64,000 nucleotides of DNA from Hyaloraphidium curvatum SAG 235-1 (lineage: Eukaryota; Fungi; Monoblepharomycota). The notes below the pieces were generated by a model. That model saw only the letters and a program-made list of their open reading frames with translations, was not told the origin of the DNA and did not search any database. The position numbers and the translations under genes are program-made. The stretch spans positions 1-64,000 of the forward strand of contig JAIVFI010000028.1 of assembly GCA_025558095.1 (NCBI GenBank), read 5' to 3'. Shown piece by piece: positions 22,022 through 33,730 of this stretch (position 1 is the stretch's first letter; every line of letters begins with the position of its first letter).

Positions 22022-22481
22022 TTGCAGGGCTCGTTGAGGGCGACGAGGAAGCAAAGTGCAATCCAGTCCCGCTGGAGCACGAGCCGGGGCGCTCGCGTCG
22101 CACCAACTTCCGATTCCCTCGAAGGTCGATTAACCCACATCGGGCAACCTTTTAAGCATTTGGTGAGTGAGCAGCGAAGCCACCTGCCAGGCACAGACTA
22201 TCCCTTTTTCGCTCATGAGCGTTCTGTGGAGTACGTCCCGAAACTGATCTAACCACTGAACCTCCATTTGACTATCTGAAGGCCAACGAGTAATTCACTC
22301 GGAGCAATAGCTTCTCGGGATAGCGTACGAACTCCATCTTCGGTTAGCCATCGCCTTCAGGACAAGTGTTGGCGCGACCCCCGCCCGGTTTCGACGGGCT
22401 TCGGAAGATCCGCTTGCCGAACTTGCCGCCATCGCACCATCTCCCACGAAACCGCCCCTCACCCCGCAGCATCGCGCCGCC

Positions 22482-23794
22482 ATGACGACCCTCGCCGTCG
22501 TGCTGACCAAGGAGAAGGGCGCCACGCTGCAGCCCAACCCGCAGCTGCCCGCGTTCCCCCCGAAGCCCGGGAAGGGCGAGGTGCTGATCCGCAACGTCGC
22601 GGTCGCGTCGAACCCCAAGGACTGGAAGCTGAGCAAGGTCGGGATTTGTGGGTACCCTCCGTGATCTGCGCATTCAGTTGCAGCTCACGCCTCCGTTCCT
22701 TCGACGCGACTGGCGGCTGTTGATTTGAACCCGGATCCTCGCCTGCCACCGTCCCGGTGTCGCCCCCGCCCCCAGTCGAGGGCATCGAGGGCAACGACGT
22801 CGCCGGCTTCGTCGAGGCCGTCGGCGAGGGCGTCACGTCCTACAAGAAGGGCGACAAGGTCGGCGCCTTCACGCGCATGTCGACCAACAACAGCTACGGC
22901 GCGTACCAGTCCTTCTCGGTCTCGCCCGCCAACACTGTGTTCCCGCTCGGGCCCAAGACGTCGTTCGAGGAGGCGTCGACGCTGCCGCTGGCGGCCATGA
23001 CCGCGGCCATCGGGCTGTTTGCCCGCCTGGCGGTCCCAGAGCCGTCGGCCGACGGCGCGCCCAACAAGGCCAACGAGGGCAAGGGGATCCTGGTGTGGGG
23101 CGCGAGCAGCTCCGTCGGCGCGTTCGCGGTGCAGCTCGCCAAGAAGGCCGGGCTGTGGGTGTCGCGTCACCGCCCCCTCGTCGGTTCGGCTCACCTTCGG
23201 TTCCCCAGCTACGTGATCGGCGTCGCCGGTGCGGCGCAGGACCTCGCCAAGGAGCTCGGCTGCGACGCCGTGGTCGACTACCGTTCCTCCCGCCCCGTCT
23301 CTGAGCTCCTCAAGGAGGCCATCGCCAAGTCGGGCAAGCAGTTCTCGGTCGCCTACGACGCCCACTCGGCCCTGTCGGGCAAGACCACCTCGTACTACGA
23401 GCTCGCCGCCGCGCTGCAGCCCGCGGGGGGCAAGGTCACCGTGGTCCTCGGCGTGCCCAAGAAGGAATCCGCCAAGCTGCCCCCGAACGTGCAGGTGATC
23501 CCGACGCAGGTCGGCACGGCGCACAGCAAGGACGGCGCGCTGGCGGAGAAGTGGTTCCACACCATGGCGCGGTGGCTCGAGGAGGGCAAGTTCAGGGCGA
23601 ACAGGGTCAGGGTGATCCCCGGGGGCCTGGCGGGGGTCAAGGAGGGACTGAAGCTGATGGAGGAGGGCAAGGTCAGCGGGGAGAAGCTCGTCTGTGGGTG
23701 GACGCGGTCCTGCTCGGCACCTGGGATCTTTTGGCTGACCGTGCCGCCTGCTCCAGACCGGATCGCGGAGACGCCGGATGCTTCGAAGCTCTAG
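22482..23794 (+). CDS. MDR-family (zeta-crystallin / trans-enoyl reductase-like) NADPH oxidoreductase (3 introns)
   Basis: GEVLIRNVAVASNPKDWK, GNDVAGFVEAVGEGV..GDKV, SFEEASTLPLAAMTAAIGLF, ILVWGASSSVG and GKVSGEKLV. Confidence 0.9.
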
Positions 23795-23925
23795 GTCTGC
23801 CTTCGTGTTGTTGGTGTCCATGCATGTCTTCGCTGGCCCCACCTTTTGTGGTCCGAAACATTTCAATTCAGATTCCCCGACGATTCCATTAAGGCGCACT
23901 ACACAGACTGACTTCGTTTCACTGC

Positions 23926-24732
23926 TCATCGCAACCCCGTGCGCGAGTCTTCACCGTCTATATCACCCGCCATTCCCGCTAGCCTTATCCTCCCGTCCTG
24001 CACGACAATCTCGTTCATACGAATCGTTCTTTCGGGGTCCCAATCGTCGTCCGCCGGCTTCGGCGAGTCCGCCCCGCGCGGCCCGTAGAGGCTCATGAGC
24101 TGCTTCACCAGCACCGCGCATTTGGCTCCGTCGGTCATCCCCCGCGGCCTGCCCTTGCCGGGCTTCCCGCGCAGGGCGTCGTCGGGTGTACCGGCCATTT
24201 CCACCCAGGTGTCGAACTCTGTCGACTCTGTCCGCGGGGTGTTGTCGTCGTCCGACGCCCGCTCCGAGTGGCAGGCCCAGCAGAACCCTTCGCCCTGGGT
24301 AAAGTGCGGGCAGGCGGCCGACCACGAGGAGGAGGAGCCCGAGAGGGAGGTGGTGTCCGAGGCGAGGGTGGACGAGCCGGCGGTGATGGAGGTGCTGCCG
24401 GCCTCGGAGCCGAAAGGGCCCGGGAACACCACGGGGGAGGCAGGGTTGCCCGAGGGGCGGGAGCTCGAGGCGGGGGGCGGCGCCGCGCGGGAGGGGCGTA
24501 GGGACGCCGACGCCGCGAGAAGCAGTTCCTCCCCCTGCGGCGGGCGGGCCCCGGCCGGCAGTGAGGCCGACCCCGCGCGGTTTAGGCCGGCGCCGTCAAC
24601 GCTGCCTATCCGGAACATGTCCTGGAGGGCGTCGCTTCTGGCCGCTGCAGCAGCCGAAGCGGAAAGGCTGTAGGGGAAGCTGCTTTTGCGCTTGACCGGG
24701 AGCGGCGCAGAGAGCCGAGTCTCGGAGGCCAT
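23926..24732 (-). CDS. Hypothetical Ser-rich protein with a CPH...CWACH motif
   Basis: Open frame from MASETRLS with genome-like codon usage. No recognised domain. Confidence 0.45.
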   Translation of the reverse strand: MASETRLSAPLPVKRKSSFPYSLSASAAAAARSDALQDMFRIGSVDGAGLNRAGSASLPAGARPPQGEELLLAASASLRPSRAAPPPASSSRPSGNPASPVVFPGPFGSEAGSTSITAGSSTLASDTTSLSGSSSSWSAACPHFTQGEGFCWACHSERASDDDNTPRTESTEFDTWVEMAGTPDDALRGKPGKGRPRGMTDGAKCAVLVKQLMSLYGPRGADSPKPADDDWDPERTIRMNEIVVQDGRIRLAGMAGDIDGEDSRTGLR

Positions 24733-25177
24733 CGTTAACGCAGCTGGCACCGGAGCTCCTTGCACGAGAAGACACAAGATTCCGCTTGCTTGGTGTTGGG
24801 AGGGGCGCCGCGCCTAAACGGAGGGCCTCGAACGGCCCGTTCGGCCACCAATAGTCATTCCCGCCTCATCCGGTCCCAACCGCGTAGCACCGCCCTTGAA
24901 ATCCTAAACCGGCCACGGCGACCGGCGCACGAGGAAGAAAGGCGGAAACGGCAAACTTGCAGAACACGAGGGAAAGTGCTTGGAGCACCGAAGGAGTGGC
25001 GGCTCGCCAGCCGGCATGCGAGCGTTTGTTGGCCGGAGGCGGCAGAGCGGCTGTCGGGCGGGCGGGGTCCCGAAAGCGTCCCTTCGACCCCGCTCCAGGT
25101 CCCAACTCTATCCCAGAGGCAAGAACCACATGAGACGCATCCCAAGCGTCAAAAAAGAAGACGGCAGCATTCATGCG

Positions 25178-26867
25178 CTACTTGGCCCTGTTCCTCCCGT
25201 ACTCGTCGTGGCTTGACACCCACTCGTCGCTCACCACCGCGCTACCCAGGCTGAGCTCGCCGCAAAGCGCCACGGCCGCCGCTATCTCCGCCAGCTGCAC
25301 GGCCTTGCCGGAGCCGGCGCAGCCCAAAACGGAGAGGGATTCGCGCTGCGTGGGGAGGAGGGTGCCTCCCCCGTGGGTGGCGACGATCAGCGCGGGGATG
25401 GTGACCTAGGGCGGGCGGGCCGGGCGGTCAGGGTCGGAACAGCTGGTGCGCGGGGGGCGGGTGGTACCGAGAAGTAGTACGAGCCGTCCTCCATGATCTC
25501 GGAGTAGGTGTGCCCGGCGTGGCTCTCGGCCACGTTGGCCACGTCCTGCCCGCACGCGATGAAGAGCGCCGTGATGCCGTTGGCGATGTGGGTGCCGTTC
25601 GCGGTCGCGGCCGAGTAGAGGGTGCCCATGTTGGAGAGCTGGCGCTGGCGGAACATGGTGGCGGGGTCGGTGTGCATGATCTTGCGGAAGAGGTCGGCGG
25701 GGATGGTGCACTCGGCGATCACCCTGTGGGTTCATCGGGTTTTGCAGATCGTGAGTCGAAAAGTTGTTCGCTCCCACTTGACCGCCGGAACCCACTTCTT
25801 CCCCCGCGGGGAGAGCACGTTGAGGTGCGAGTGCTTCTTGTCCGTGTCCATATTGGCCGCCAGCGTGAAGTGCTCGAGGCCCTCGGGCCCCTGCTCCAGG
25901 ACCCACATGCACGCGTGGTGGGTCGCCTGTGGGAACAAGGTGGAGGGAGAGCCGTCAACTCGAGCTGACGGCGAGTGGCCCCGACGGACCCACCTTGGAC
26001 ACCATGTTCTGCCCCGCCGCGTCGCCCGTCGAGAAGCAGAACCGCAACCACCTCAGCTTCCCCGCCGCGTACTGCTCCACCTTCTTGAGCTTCCCGCTCC
26101 TCGTTGTTTCCTCCGCCTTGGCCTTGATCCGGTCGAAGTTGCTTTCCACCCACGCGCCGAACGCCTTGCCCTCGCGCGCGGACTTGAAAAGGAAGCACGG
26201 CGTGCGCTGCATCTGGTCCTCGAGCAGGGTGGTGGTGATGCCGCCGGCTTCGCGGGTGAGGCGCATGCCGCGGTTGAAGGAGGCGACGAGGGTGCCTTCG
26301 GTCGCTGGTGGGAGGCGTGATCAGCAGAGATCGGCGAGGAGGGAGGTCGAACGTACTGGCCATGGGGACGTACACCATCTCGCCGCCTTCTGCCATCGAT
26401 TCCCCCTTTACCCACATGGGGCCCGCGAGGCCGAGTGGGACCTGTGGGGGCCAAAGACGCGTGCTGTTTCCGAACCTGTTTCGGCAACACCAGTGGCCGC
26501 GACCCACCTGCGCGCAACCGGCAAACATCTCCACGTTGCCCTGCGTCAGTTTCGGGTCGACCGAGTAGGATCCGATGTGTTTCTGCAGGGAACCGCGTGA
26601 GCTACCGCCGCCAACGACCACGGCCGCCACGAGGGCACCCGCCAGCTCCACCCCGCACGCCTTCTCCACCGCCCTCCTCCTCTCGTCCGCCGCCTCCTTC
26701 GTGTAGTCCTCGGTCCCTTCCCTGCGCGGCAGCTTGTCCAGCGCCCTCGCGGGCTTTGCCCCCTCGAGCTTGGTCGAGGCCGGACGGGACGCGTCGTCCT
26801 CGACGGGGTGGTCGTGCATGGCGTCGGAGGTCAGGCGGGGGTCGGTTTTGGTGGCCTGGGAGAGCAT
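25178..26867 (-). CDS. Soluble class I-type HMG-CoA reductase-like protein of prokaryotic type (multiple introns)
   Basis: GNVEMFAG..QVPLGLAGP, VPMATTEGTLVASFNRG (across a splice), TGDAAGQNM, DTDKK, ANGITALFIACGQDVANVAES, VATHGGGT, GELSL and C-terminal SSH. No N-terminal membrane or sterol-sensing domain. Confidence 0.85.
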
Positions 26868-27228
26868 GGCGGCGGGCGATGGAAGGGGGGAAGTGGGTTG
26901 GTGGTGGTGACGGGGCGGTGGTGATTCATTCGGGGCGCTTCGTCACGCGATGGGCTTGCAGTGAACTGTACATCACCGCACCGAGATTCGGCACGAAAAG
27001 GCTACGAACCTCGTGGGCCGGATTCCAAAGTAGACCAACGAAGGCCTGCTCTTCAAAGGGCCCGCACCCGGCACTCACTCCCCGCGTCTTTTCGTCGCTC
27101 CGAACCGCAGAAGATTCCAGATCCCCTGTGCTACAGATTGCTCGCTATGCACCTTGGACTTTTATCCAACGGCCCCTCAATCCGACGGGAGACGGAATGC
27201 TGATGACCGTGGCCCTAGCGTTCGCCTG

Positions 27229-27272
27229 GACCCTGAGCGCGGGCCGTCACGACCCTGAGCGCGGGCCGTCAC
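27229..27272. repeat. Perfect 22-nt tandem duplication GACCCTGAGCGCGGGCCGTCAC x2
   Basis: Seen directly in the sequence. Confidence 0.9.
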
Positions 27273-27320
27273 CGCAGGAATTGCGCCGCATCTCCCGCCG
27301 CCTCCCCCACACACACCGAG

Positions 27321-27830
27321 ATGCCCGTGAGCACCCCGTGCCGCGCACCGTGCTTGTCGTGTCGCTCACCGACCGCTCGCGGGGCCGCGCTGCCCCCGGA
27401 CGTCGCCTACACTGCCTTTCGCGACCCGCACCTTCGCGTCTCCCGCTCCGTCCACCAGACCAAGAAGGCGAAGGAGCTGAAGGCCGGCGACCGAATCATC
27501 GCCTACGGGGCAGCGTATGTCCTCCACGCTCCCTTCCCTTCCCCGCCATTCGGTTCTGACGCCCCCCCTCCTCCGTGCCGCCCCGGGACAGCGTCGCCGC
27601 CAGCATGGTCCGGGACATGGGCCACAGCATCGTGGTGTACTACAACGACCCGACGTACGACGAGGAGACGACGATTTCGTACGGGCACGACCAGGACGTC
27701 GAGCGTGGGTGGCCGGCGGGGCGCCCGGGTGGGGGCGTGCAGCACACTGATCCCGCGCCGCCGTTCCGCAGTCGCCTGAGATGGGTTCCGAGGTTGATGT
27801 CGGGGTTCGGGCGCCGTTATGGCGGGCTGA
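27321..27830 (+). CDS. Small hypothetical protein, probably spliced; 3' end uncertain
   Basis: Coding-like blocks (HQTKKAKELKAGDRIIAYG; MVRDMGHSIVVYYNDPTYDEETTISYGHDQDVE) are separated by a GTATGT...CTGAC...CAG intron. Confidence 0.45.
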
Positions 27831-28355
27831 TTAGGACGATTCGGGTTCGCGGGCCTGCAGGCGGGTCTTTCCGACTTTCTAGGCTGTATCTCTTCTTAGG
27901 CGCCGTCGTAGCGCATTCTTTGTCACGATCGACCGCGATGCTTGTGGTTATCTGCGAATCTGGGTGATTCCCGGCCGGAAGTAGGAGACCAGAGACCAGA
28001 GGGCAAGTCCGGGGCTGGACTGCCAAGGAAGACGTGTGTCCTCCGTTTTTCGCGTGATTATCCAGCGGGTTCGGGCTTGTTCCGTCTCGTTTTTTTTTCT
28101 TCCTTGGCCTTCCACGCTGTTCCAATCACTCGGCCTCGAGAGCGGACCGTGCTGGCCAAGCTCTGTTTAACGGGAGGGAGCCATCCGCCTCGGCAGTTCC
28201 CGCAGAGAGAATCCAGGAGGGTCCCGACCATTTTCTCGTTGTTCTTCGGGGAATCGAACCTTCTCAATCAGTTCCCGGCCAGACCAATCGGGGACCTGCG
28301 TCACCTGCGCAGAAAAACGGCCTTGCGCTCCCGTTCCACCTCAAACACACCCGCC

Positions 28356-29798
28356 ATGCTCCGCCGCGCCTCCTTCTACGCGCCGTCCGGCGAGCTGCAG
28401 AGCGCGGCGCTGCTGATCCGCAACCTCGGCGCGGTCGCGGCGGAGGCCGACGGCGCGCCAAAGGCGGGCGAGCACGCGGCGCGGTGGCTCGCGGCCGTCG
28501 ACGCGGGCGCGCCGGAGAGGGCCGCCGCGTGGGTGCCGCCGGGGCCGCCTGACCCGGCAACGGTGGAGGACGAAGCGGAGAGCGAGGAGGACTTCTCAGA
28601 AGAGGATTCGGATGAGGAGGACTCGGACGAGGACAGCGAGGAGGACGAGTCGGGCTCGGAGTCGGACGCCTCCGAGTCGAGCAAGGCCTCGTCAAAATCG
28701 AGCAGCAGCAGCTCCAGCAAATCCGGCAAGTCCAGCGAGTCCAGCAGCTCCAGCAAGAAGGAGCAGGACGCCGAGGAGCAGGCCGCCGCCGCCGCCGCCG
28801 GCGCCGACTCGGGCTCCTTCTCGCCCGACGACCCGCTCGCCCGCATCCACCTGCGCGACGCCGAGCGCACCTTTGCCCACCCCGCCAACCGCGCCCGCCT
28901 CATCCGGCTGCTGCAGGTGCTGGCCGTCGAGATGGACCGCGAGTACCACCAGGCCCTGGCCGCCATCGTCGGCTTCCTCATGCTCTCCATCGACTCGGAC
29001 GCCGACGTCCTCCGCGCCGCGCGCCACCTCCTCAGCCCCTACTACGGCCTGCGCCCGGCTTTGCGCGCCGAATCCGTGCTGATGGCCGCCGACGGCTACG
29101 TCGCGCACTCCCTCCTCCCCGCGCGCTTCCCAGGCGTCGCGCAGCAGCTCGACCGCCACGGCGTGCTGCCCGAGACGTACTACCAGCGCCTCCGCATCGC
29201 CGCCGGCGTGGGGATGCTCCCCTTCCGGGCGCTGTTCCCGGCCATCGACGGGCTGTTTGCCCACGGGGAGCGGTGGCTGTTTGCCCTCACCCTGGCGGGG
29301 TTCGCCCACCTCAGGGGCAGGATCGAGGCCGCGCGGACGGCGAGCGAGGTGTTCACCGTGCTGCACTTGGACCCGGAGGTGTGGGGCGCCGACAAGGACG
29401 AGAAGAAGCGGGAGGGGTACCTGGAGATGTGCGCGGCGATGGTCGCCAACGCGCGCGCGCTGTGCGACGGCACCGAAGGCGAGCTGGAGGGGCTGCCCGC
29501 CGAGGACGCGGCGGCGCTGCGCGCCGCGTGGTCCGACCTCCTCGCGCTCGACCTGGACGCCGAGCGCGCGCGGCTGTACGATGCCAAGCTCAAGGCCAGG
29601 CTGGAGCGCAAGTGGCGGGACCAGATCCTGGACGCGCGGAGGGCGGCGCGGGAGGAGGAGAAGAAGAGGGCGCGGAAGGAGGCCAAGAAAGAGGCCAAGA
29701 AGGCGGCCAAGAAGGCGGCCGAGGGGGGGAAGAAGGATGGGGATGGGGACGACGGGGCGGACGAGCTGGGGGACAAGATGGCGGGGCTCAAGGTGTGA
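28356..29798 (+). CDS. Rab-GAP TBC-domain protein with an acidic/Ser low-complexity insert and Lys/Ala tail
   Basis: IHLRDAERTF (DxxR Arg finger) and EYHQALAAIVGFL (YxQ Gln finger). Intronless. Confidence 0.75.
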   Translation: MLRRASFYAPSGELQSAALLIRNLGAVAAEADGAPKAGEHAARWLAAVDAGAPERAAAWVPPGPPDPATVEDEAESEEDFSEEDSDEEDSDEDSEEDESGSESDASESSKASSKSSSSSSSKSGKSSESSSSSKKEQDAEEQAAAAAAGADSGSFSPDDPLARIHLRDAERTFAHPANRARLIRLLQVLAVEMDREYHQALAAIVGFLMLSIDSDADVLRAARHLLSPYYGLRPALRAESVLMAADGYVAHSLLPARFPGVAQQLDRHGVLPETYYQRLRIAAGVGMLPFRALFPAIDGLFAHGERWLFALTLAGFAHLRGRIEAARTASEVFTVLHLDPEVWGADKDEKKREGYLEMCAAMVANARALCDGTEGELEGLPAEDAAALRAAWSDLLALDLDAERARLYDAKLKARLERKWRDQILDARRAAREEEKKRARKEAKKEAKKAAKKAAEGGKKDGDGDDGADELGDKMAGLKV

Positions 29799-30521
29799 GG
29801 CTCCACGGGGGGCAACGGGCAACGTTGGGTCGAGGAGGACGCAGGGGGACACGCGAGTGATGACACCTATTCTGTAGATTAGCGGTAATGGGGAGCCGAT
29901 ATAGACCGGTTTGCAAACTGCTGGAGTCAAGAGCAACGGCTCGGGGTCCACTTCGACGACATACCGGGACGGCCAGGCCAAGCAGCGAAGGACCGGTTGG
30001 AAATCTGGGCATTCGTTGGATGCTGGCGGGCTAGCTGCGGTGCGCGGCCGCGACAGGTCGAGGGCGGCGTGCGCTTGGAGGGCCAGGCGCAGATACCACA
30101 ACCAGGGGCACAATCAGGCGGCTTTCCAACCCTTTGCAGAATACCCGACAGGGCTTCGCGGCCGAGGAGCTCGGGATAAGAGCTTCTGCACGGAGCTGTA
30201 GGTCTGCCTGCCGCATGGCGCGACATGGCGCCTGGATGGAGAGGGTCAGTTTGTGCCCAGGTCTGCGGCGGCTTGGGCAGCAACGGAAGAACTGCCATCC
30301 TGGCCGAGGTCAGTTAGAGGTAGGTGCCTATACAGGCGCCCAATGTCAGGCCCCTGTATCCCAGGCGGCATGCGATCGGCCAGTTGAGTCACCGGAGTTC
30401 GTTCGTCAGAGTGGCAAAGAGGCCCAGGCGGGCTGAAGCGGCGTCCCTTTTGCGTCCCAACCGCACCACACTCACAAAGCAACCAACTCGAACCCGAAGA
30501 CAACGCACCAAAGCCAGGACA

Positions 30522-31082
30522 ATGCCCGGAGCATCACCCGCGCACTCCGCCTTCGTGGTGCCGGACGGCTCGCCGGCGCAGGCGGGCGGCCGCACGCTCC
30601 TGTCGATGCTCTTCGCGGACCGCGCGCCGCCCCCTCCCCTGCCCTCCTCCGACCCCTCCGGCTCCCAGAACAGTATGATGATCGACCCCTCGGCGTGCGG
30701 GGACGACCCGACGCTCAGCCTGGCGTCGACCGCCGTCTCCAGCACCAGCACCGTGTCGCTCTCCACTCCCCAGCGGACGGCGTTCGGCCCGCTGGGGGAG
30801 TACGGCATGCGCAGTTTGCCGCGCGGGGCAAAGGCGCCGATGGTGCGCCGCCCGCCCGCCGAGGGCCCGGGGCCGACGAGGCGGCGCAGGGGCGCGGGGG
30901 TCGGGTTCGCCGTGGCGGTCGCCGGCGGCGGACCGTTTCCGGACCTGAAGACGTACTGGACTGCTGAGGGAGGGGACAGCAGGGATGGCAGAGCAATGGG
31001 GCAGATGGCGGACCGCGCGACGGGCGGGCAGAGAAAGGACGGGCGGCCGGCGTGGGAGGCCGTGGCCAAGGTGTACCTCTGA
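30522..31082 (+). CDS. Small hypothetical protein, PDLxxxW family member 1
   Basis: ORF from MPGASPAH containing FPDLKTYW and a C-terminal AWEAVAK. Confidence 0.5.
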   Translation: MPGASPAHSAFVVPDGSPAQAGGRTLLSMLFADRAPPPPLPSSDPSGSQNSMMIDPSACGDDPTLSLASTAVSSTSTVSLSTPQRTAFGPLGEYGMRSLPRGAKAPMVRRPPAEGPGPTRRRRGAGVGFAVAVAGGGPFPDLKTYWTAEGGDSRDGRAMGQMADRATGGQRKDGRPAWEAVAKVYL

Positions 31083-31698
31083 AGCGGGCCGGCGGACCTA
31101 GACGTTAGTCGATGTGTCGCTGTACATAGCTAGGCAGACATCAAGCTCATAGGGCTCTGTTTGGGCCTTTTTCCAGCTCGTGGCCTTGTTCATGGGAGCC
31201 CGAAGGCGGTTCACAGGAAGCAGAGGAGGAACGGCCGGACTCCCTACCCGTCGTCCTATCCATCTGCAATCCAGCCGGACGGCAGCTCCCCTCTTCCCGC
31301 ATCCTTCCCCTGCCCGGAAGTTCCCGCCGCGGCGATTAGCCTCGGCAGGCCTGGCTAGCGGGCGGGCGGAGGCGGCAGCGGCGGTGACTCATTGCCGAGC
31401 CGCCCTGCCGACCTCCGACGCCGGCTCGCGCACAATCAGGAGCTCCGGCCCAAAACCAGCAACAAAAACCGCTTTTGGGGGGATTGGTGAGCGCTTTCCG
31501 TGCCGTGGGGGCATCCTATCGTGCATGGACGCCAATCGAGGACGCTTGGGATCGGCCGCCAATGGCCGGCGGCCTTGCATTATTTGGCTCGGGAAAACGG
31601 GTGGGGCAAAGCAGCGTCCCGGTTCCCCGGCGCATCCGTCACCAACCAACACTCCCTCCGCCCCACCGAGCAAAGCGAACGCCGTTCTGCCCGTTTAC

Positions 31699-32034
31699 AT
31701 GCCGCTTGGAGACTCTGGACAGACAGCCGACCCGCGCTCCGCCTCCGCCCCGGCGCAGCTCCCCTCCGGCGCCATCCGCCGCCCCCATGCGGACTCCCAG
31801 CCTCCGCCACCGCAACCCACCGCCCCATGGGAGCGCTGGAAACCTGCGCACGACCCTTTGCCCGGCGTGCGCAAGGACACCGCTGCTGCGGGGCCCGTCG
31901 TCGGAAGGTCTGGCAGCGGGTCGCTCGAGGAGCGCATGTGCGGGGAGTGCTTCACCTCCGGCGGGGCAATGCCGGACCTCAGAGCATTCTGGGGCCCGCA
32001 AGCGGGGTCCGCATGGAGGAGGGCGGTCAAGTGA
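31699..32034 (+). CDS. Small hypothetical protein, PDLxxxW family member 2
   Basis: GSGSLEERMCGECFTSGGAMPDLRAFW...AWRRAVK. Confidence 0.55.
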   Translation: MPLGDSGQTADPRSASAPAQLPSGAIRRPHADSQPPPPQPTAPWERWKPAHDPLPGVRKDTAAAGPVVGRSGSGSLEERMCGECFTSGGAMPDLRAFWGPQAGSAWRRAVK

Positions 32035-32797
32035 ACCGGGCCGGGATCCGCGGTGACCTGTCGCCGGGATTCCGACGGACCCGCGGCGCTTCGCGCCACC
32101 TGTACACTGAACGAGGACAACGCGTCGGTCGCCATGTAGAAGAGCATCTCCCCTTGCGGTTGGGGGAATGCTTGGCGAAGCCCCTGTCAGCCCTCTTTGC
32201 GGACATGCACCGGGCAGGCGCTGGTGTTGGAGACGAAGGACTTGGCTCTCGAGATGCGGCAGGTCGGACCGGAGTCTGGTCCTACACCCGTCTTGGATCA
32301 CGGCCTTGCTGGAGATGGGCAGCCGCGCGAAGGGGCGCCAGACGGCGAACGGACCGTTTACAGAGCTGCTAGAGGCGGCTCTCCATGGAGAAGGACGCCC
32401 GATGTATAGAGTTACCGACGATATCAATGCATTCCGAGGCCCAGAGCTTGATCGTGTGTTCGGGCCCCACACCTGAAGGACTCGGATGGGCCAGTGGCAA
32501 AGCAGTGATCCGAGCTTGGCAGTGGGTGCTGCGATGAGTCAACGCCGCCTCGCCCGCCACCGGAGCAGGTTCAGCCCCGCCGCAGTCCGTGCGAAGTCCC
32601 GGCTGCCCACCACATCCTTTGAACGAATGGTCAGCCCATATATTCCGGCTGTGCATGGGGCCGCGCTGAGCCCCAGGATGGCCGCGCTGGGCTGCGGGAT
32701 CGGCCATCTATTTCGGAGCGGCTGGACGCTGCTCGGTCAGCGTCGGGCTCGGCGCCCGCCCGGAACCCAGGTTCCGAAACCACACGAAACACAGGAC

Positions 32798-33163
32798 ATG
32801 ACCCACAGTAACGACAAGAAAGCCGTCGCAGCCCTGGGCGCGCCGAACCGCGGAGACCGCACGTTCCAGCGCCCCACGCCGGGCCGCTCCCGTCCCGAAC
32901 CGCCGCGCGGGGCCGGTGGAACCGGGTTCCGGGACCTCCCGGAGCAATTCATGCAACTGGCACAGGGCCGGGAACCCGCGGCTCAGGCAGTGGAGAGCCA
33001 GGACGGCGGTCCTGGCCAGGCACCGGCCGGACTGCAGGCGCGGGCGGGCTCGGGCTCGCTCGAGGAGCGCATGTGCCAGTACTGCTTCACCAGAGCAACC
33101 GAGATGCCTGATTTGAGAAGACACTGGCCTGCAGATGCCACGAAGGGGACGTCGGTGGCCTGA
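32798..33163 (+). CDS. Small hypothetical protein, PDLxxxW family member 3
   Basis: GSGSLEERMCQYCFTRATEMPDLRRHW, a motif shared with 31699-32034. Confidence 0.55.
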   Translation: MTHSNDKKAVAALGAPNRGDRTFQRPTPGRSRPEPPRGAGGTGFRDLPEQFMQLAQGREPAAQAVESQDGGPGQAPAGLQARAGSGSLEERMCQYCFTRATEMPDLRRHWPADATKGTSVA

Positions 33164-33730
33164 AGCGCCGGGACTACTGCAGCTGGCCGGGAAGAACTCC
33201 GGAGGACGGCGCCGTGGACTCCATGCCGGTTTGCCGCCCGCGGCGCCATCAGCCTAATGGGCGGGATGCTCATACAAAATCATCCTGATTCTGAAGCGCG
33301 AAGTCGATGGGGATGAGACGGACTCGCACCGCCGATCCTGGACGGCGCCCTCAACGGGGCCTCTACATAGTACTACTTTCGAGGATTGCGTTCCGCGCTG
33401 CGGAGCAACGTCGCTGGGAGAACACCAACAAAGAACGGTGCAAAGAAGATGCCGAAGAACAGATATAGCCGGGGCAAGACCTGGTGTATTTGGTCTCTGA
33501 AGCGTAGTACAACAGACGCTCGAGACCCTGCGCTCTGACCCGCTCTCTGTTCATCACCTGGCCCCAACATGCAATCCACCGCCTGTGACCGATTTCCGAC
33601 TCTATCGGAGATGACCATCGCACGTAGCATCCCGCAAACCAACTCCATTCCTGCTACCCCATCAAAAGCCACGCCGCATCGGGATCCAAGCTCGCCACCG
33701 CCCGGTCAAATCACTATCACACCCGCCCGG

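Noticed and set aside
27229-27272. Short direct repeats (here and at 17740) as a CRISPR array
   Set aside because: Only two adjacent units, no spacers, no cas genes, and a eukaryotic context.
28565-28800. Acidic/Ser repeat region and AKKE repeats in the TBC protein as a separate repeat element
   Set aside because: Ordinary low-complexity coding sequence inside an intact ORF.
32040-33700. Coding-like fragments at ~32170-32476 and ~33360-33620
   Set aside because: No recognisable motif, start or splice structure. They may be decayed gene debris, but I cannot support a call.
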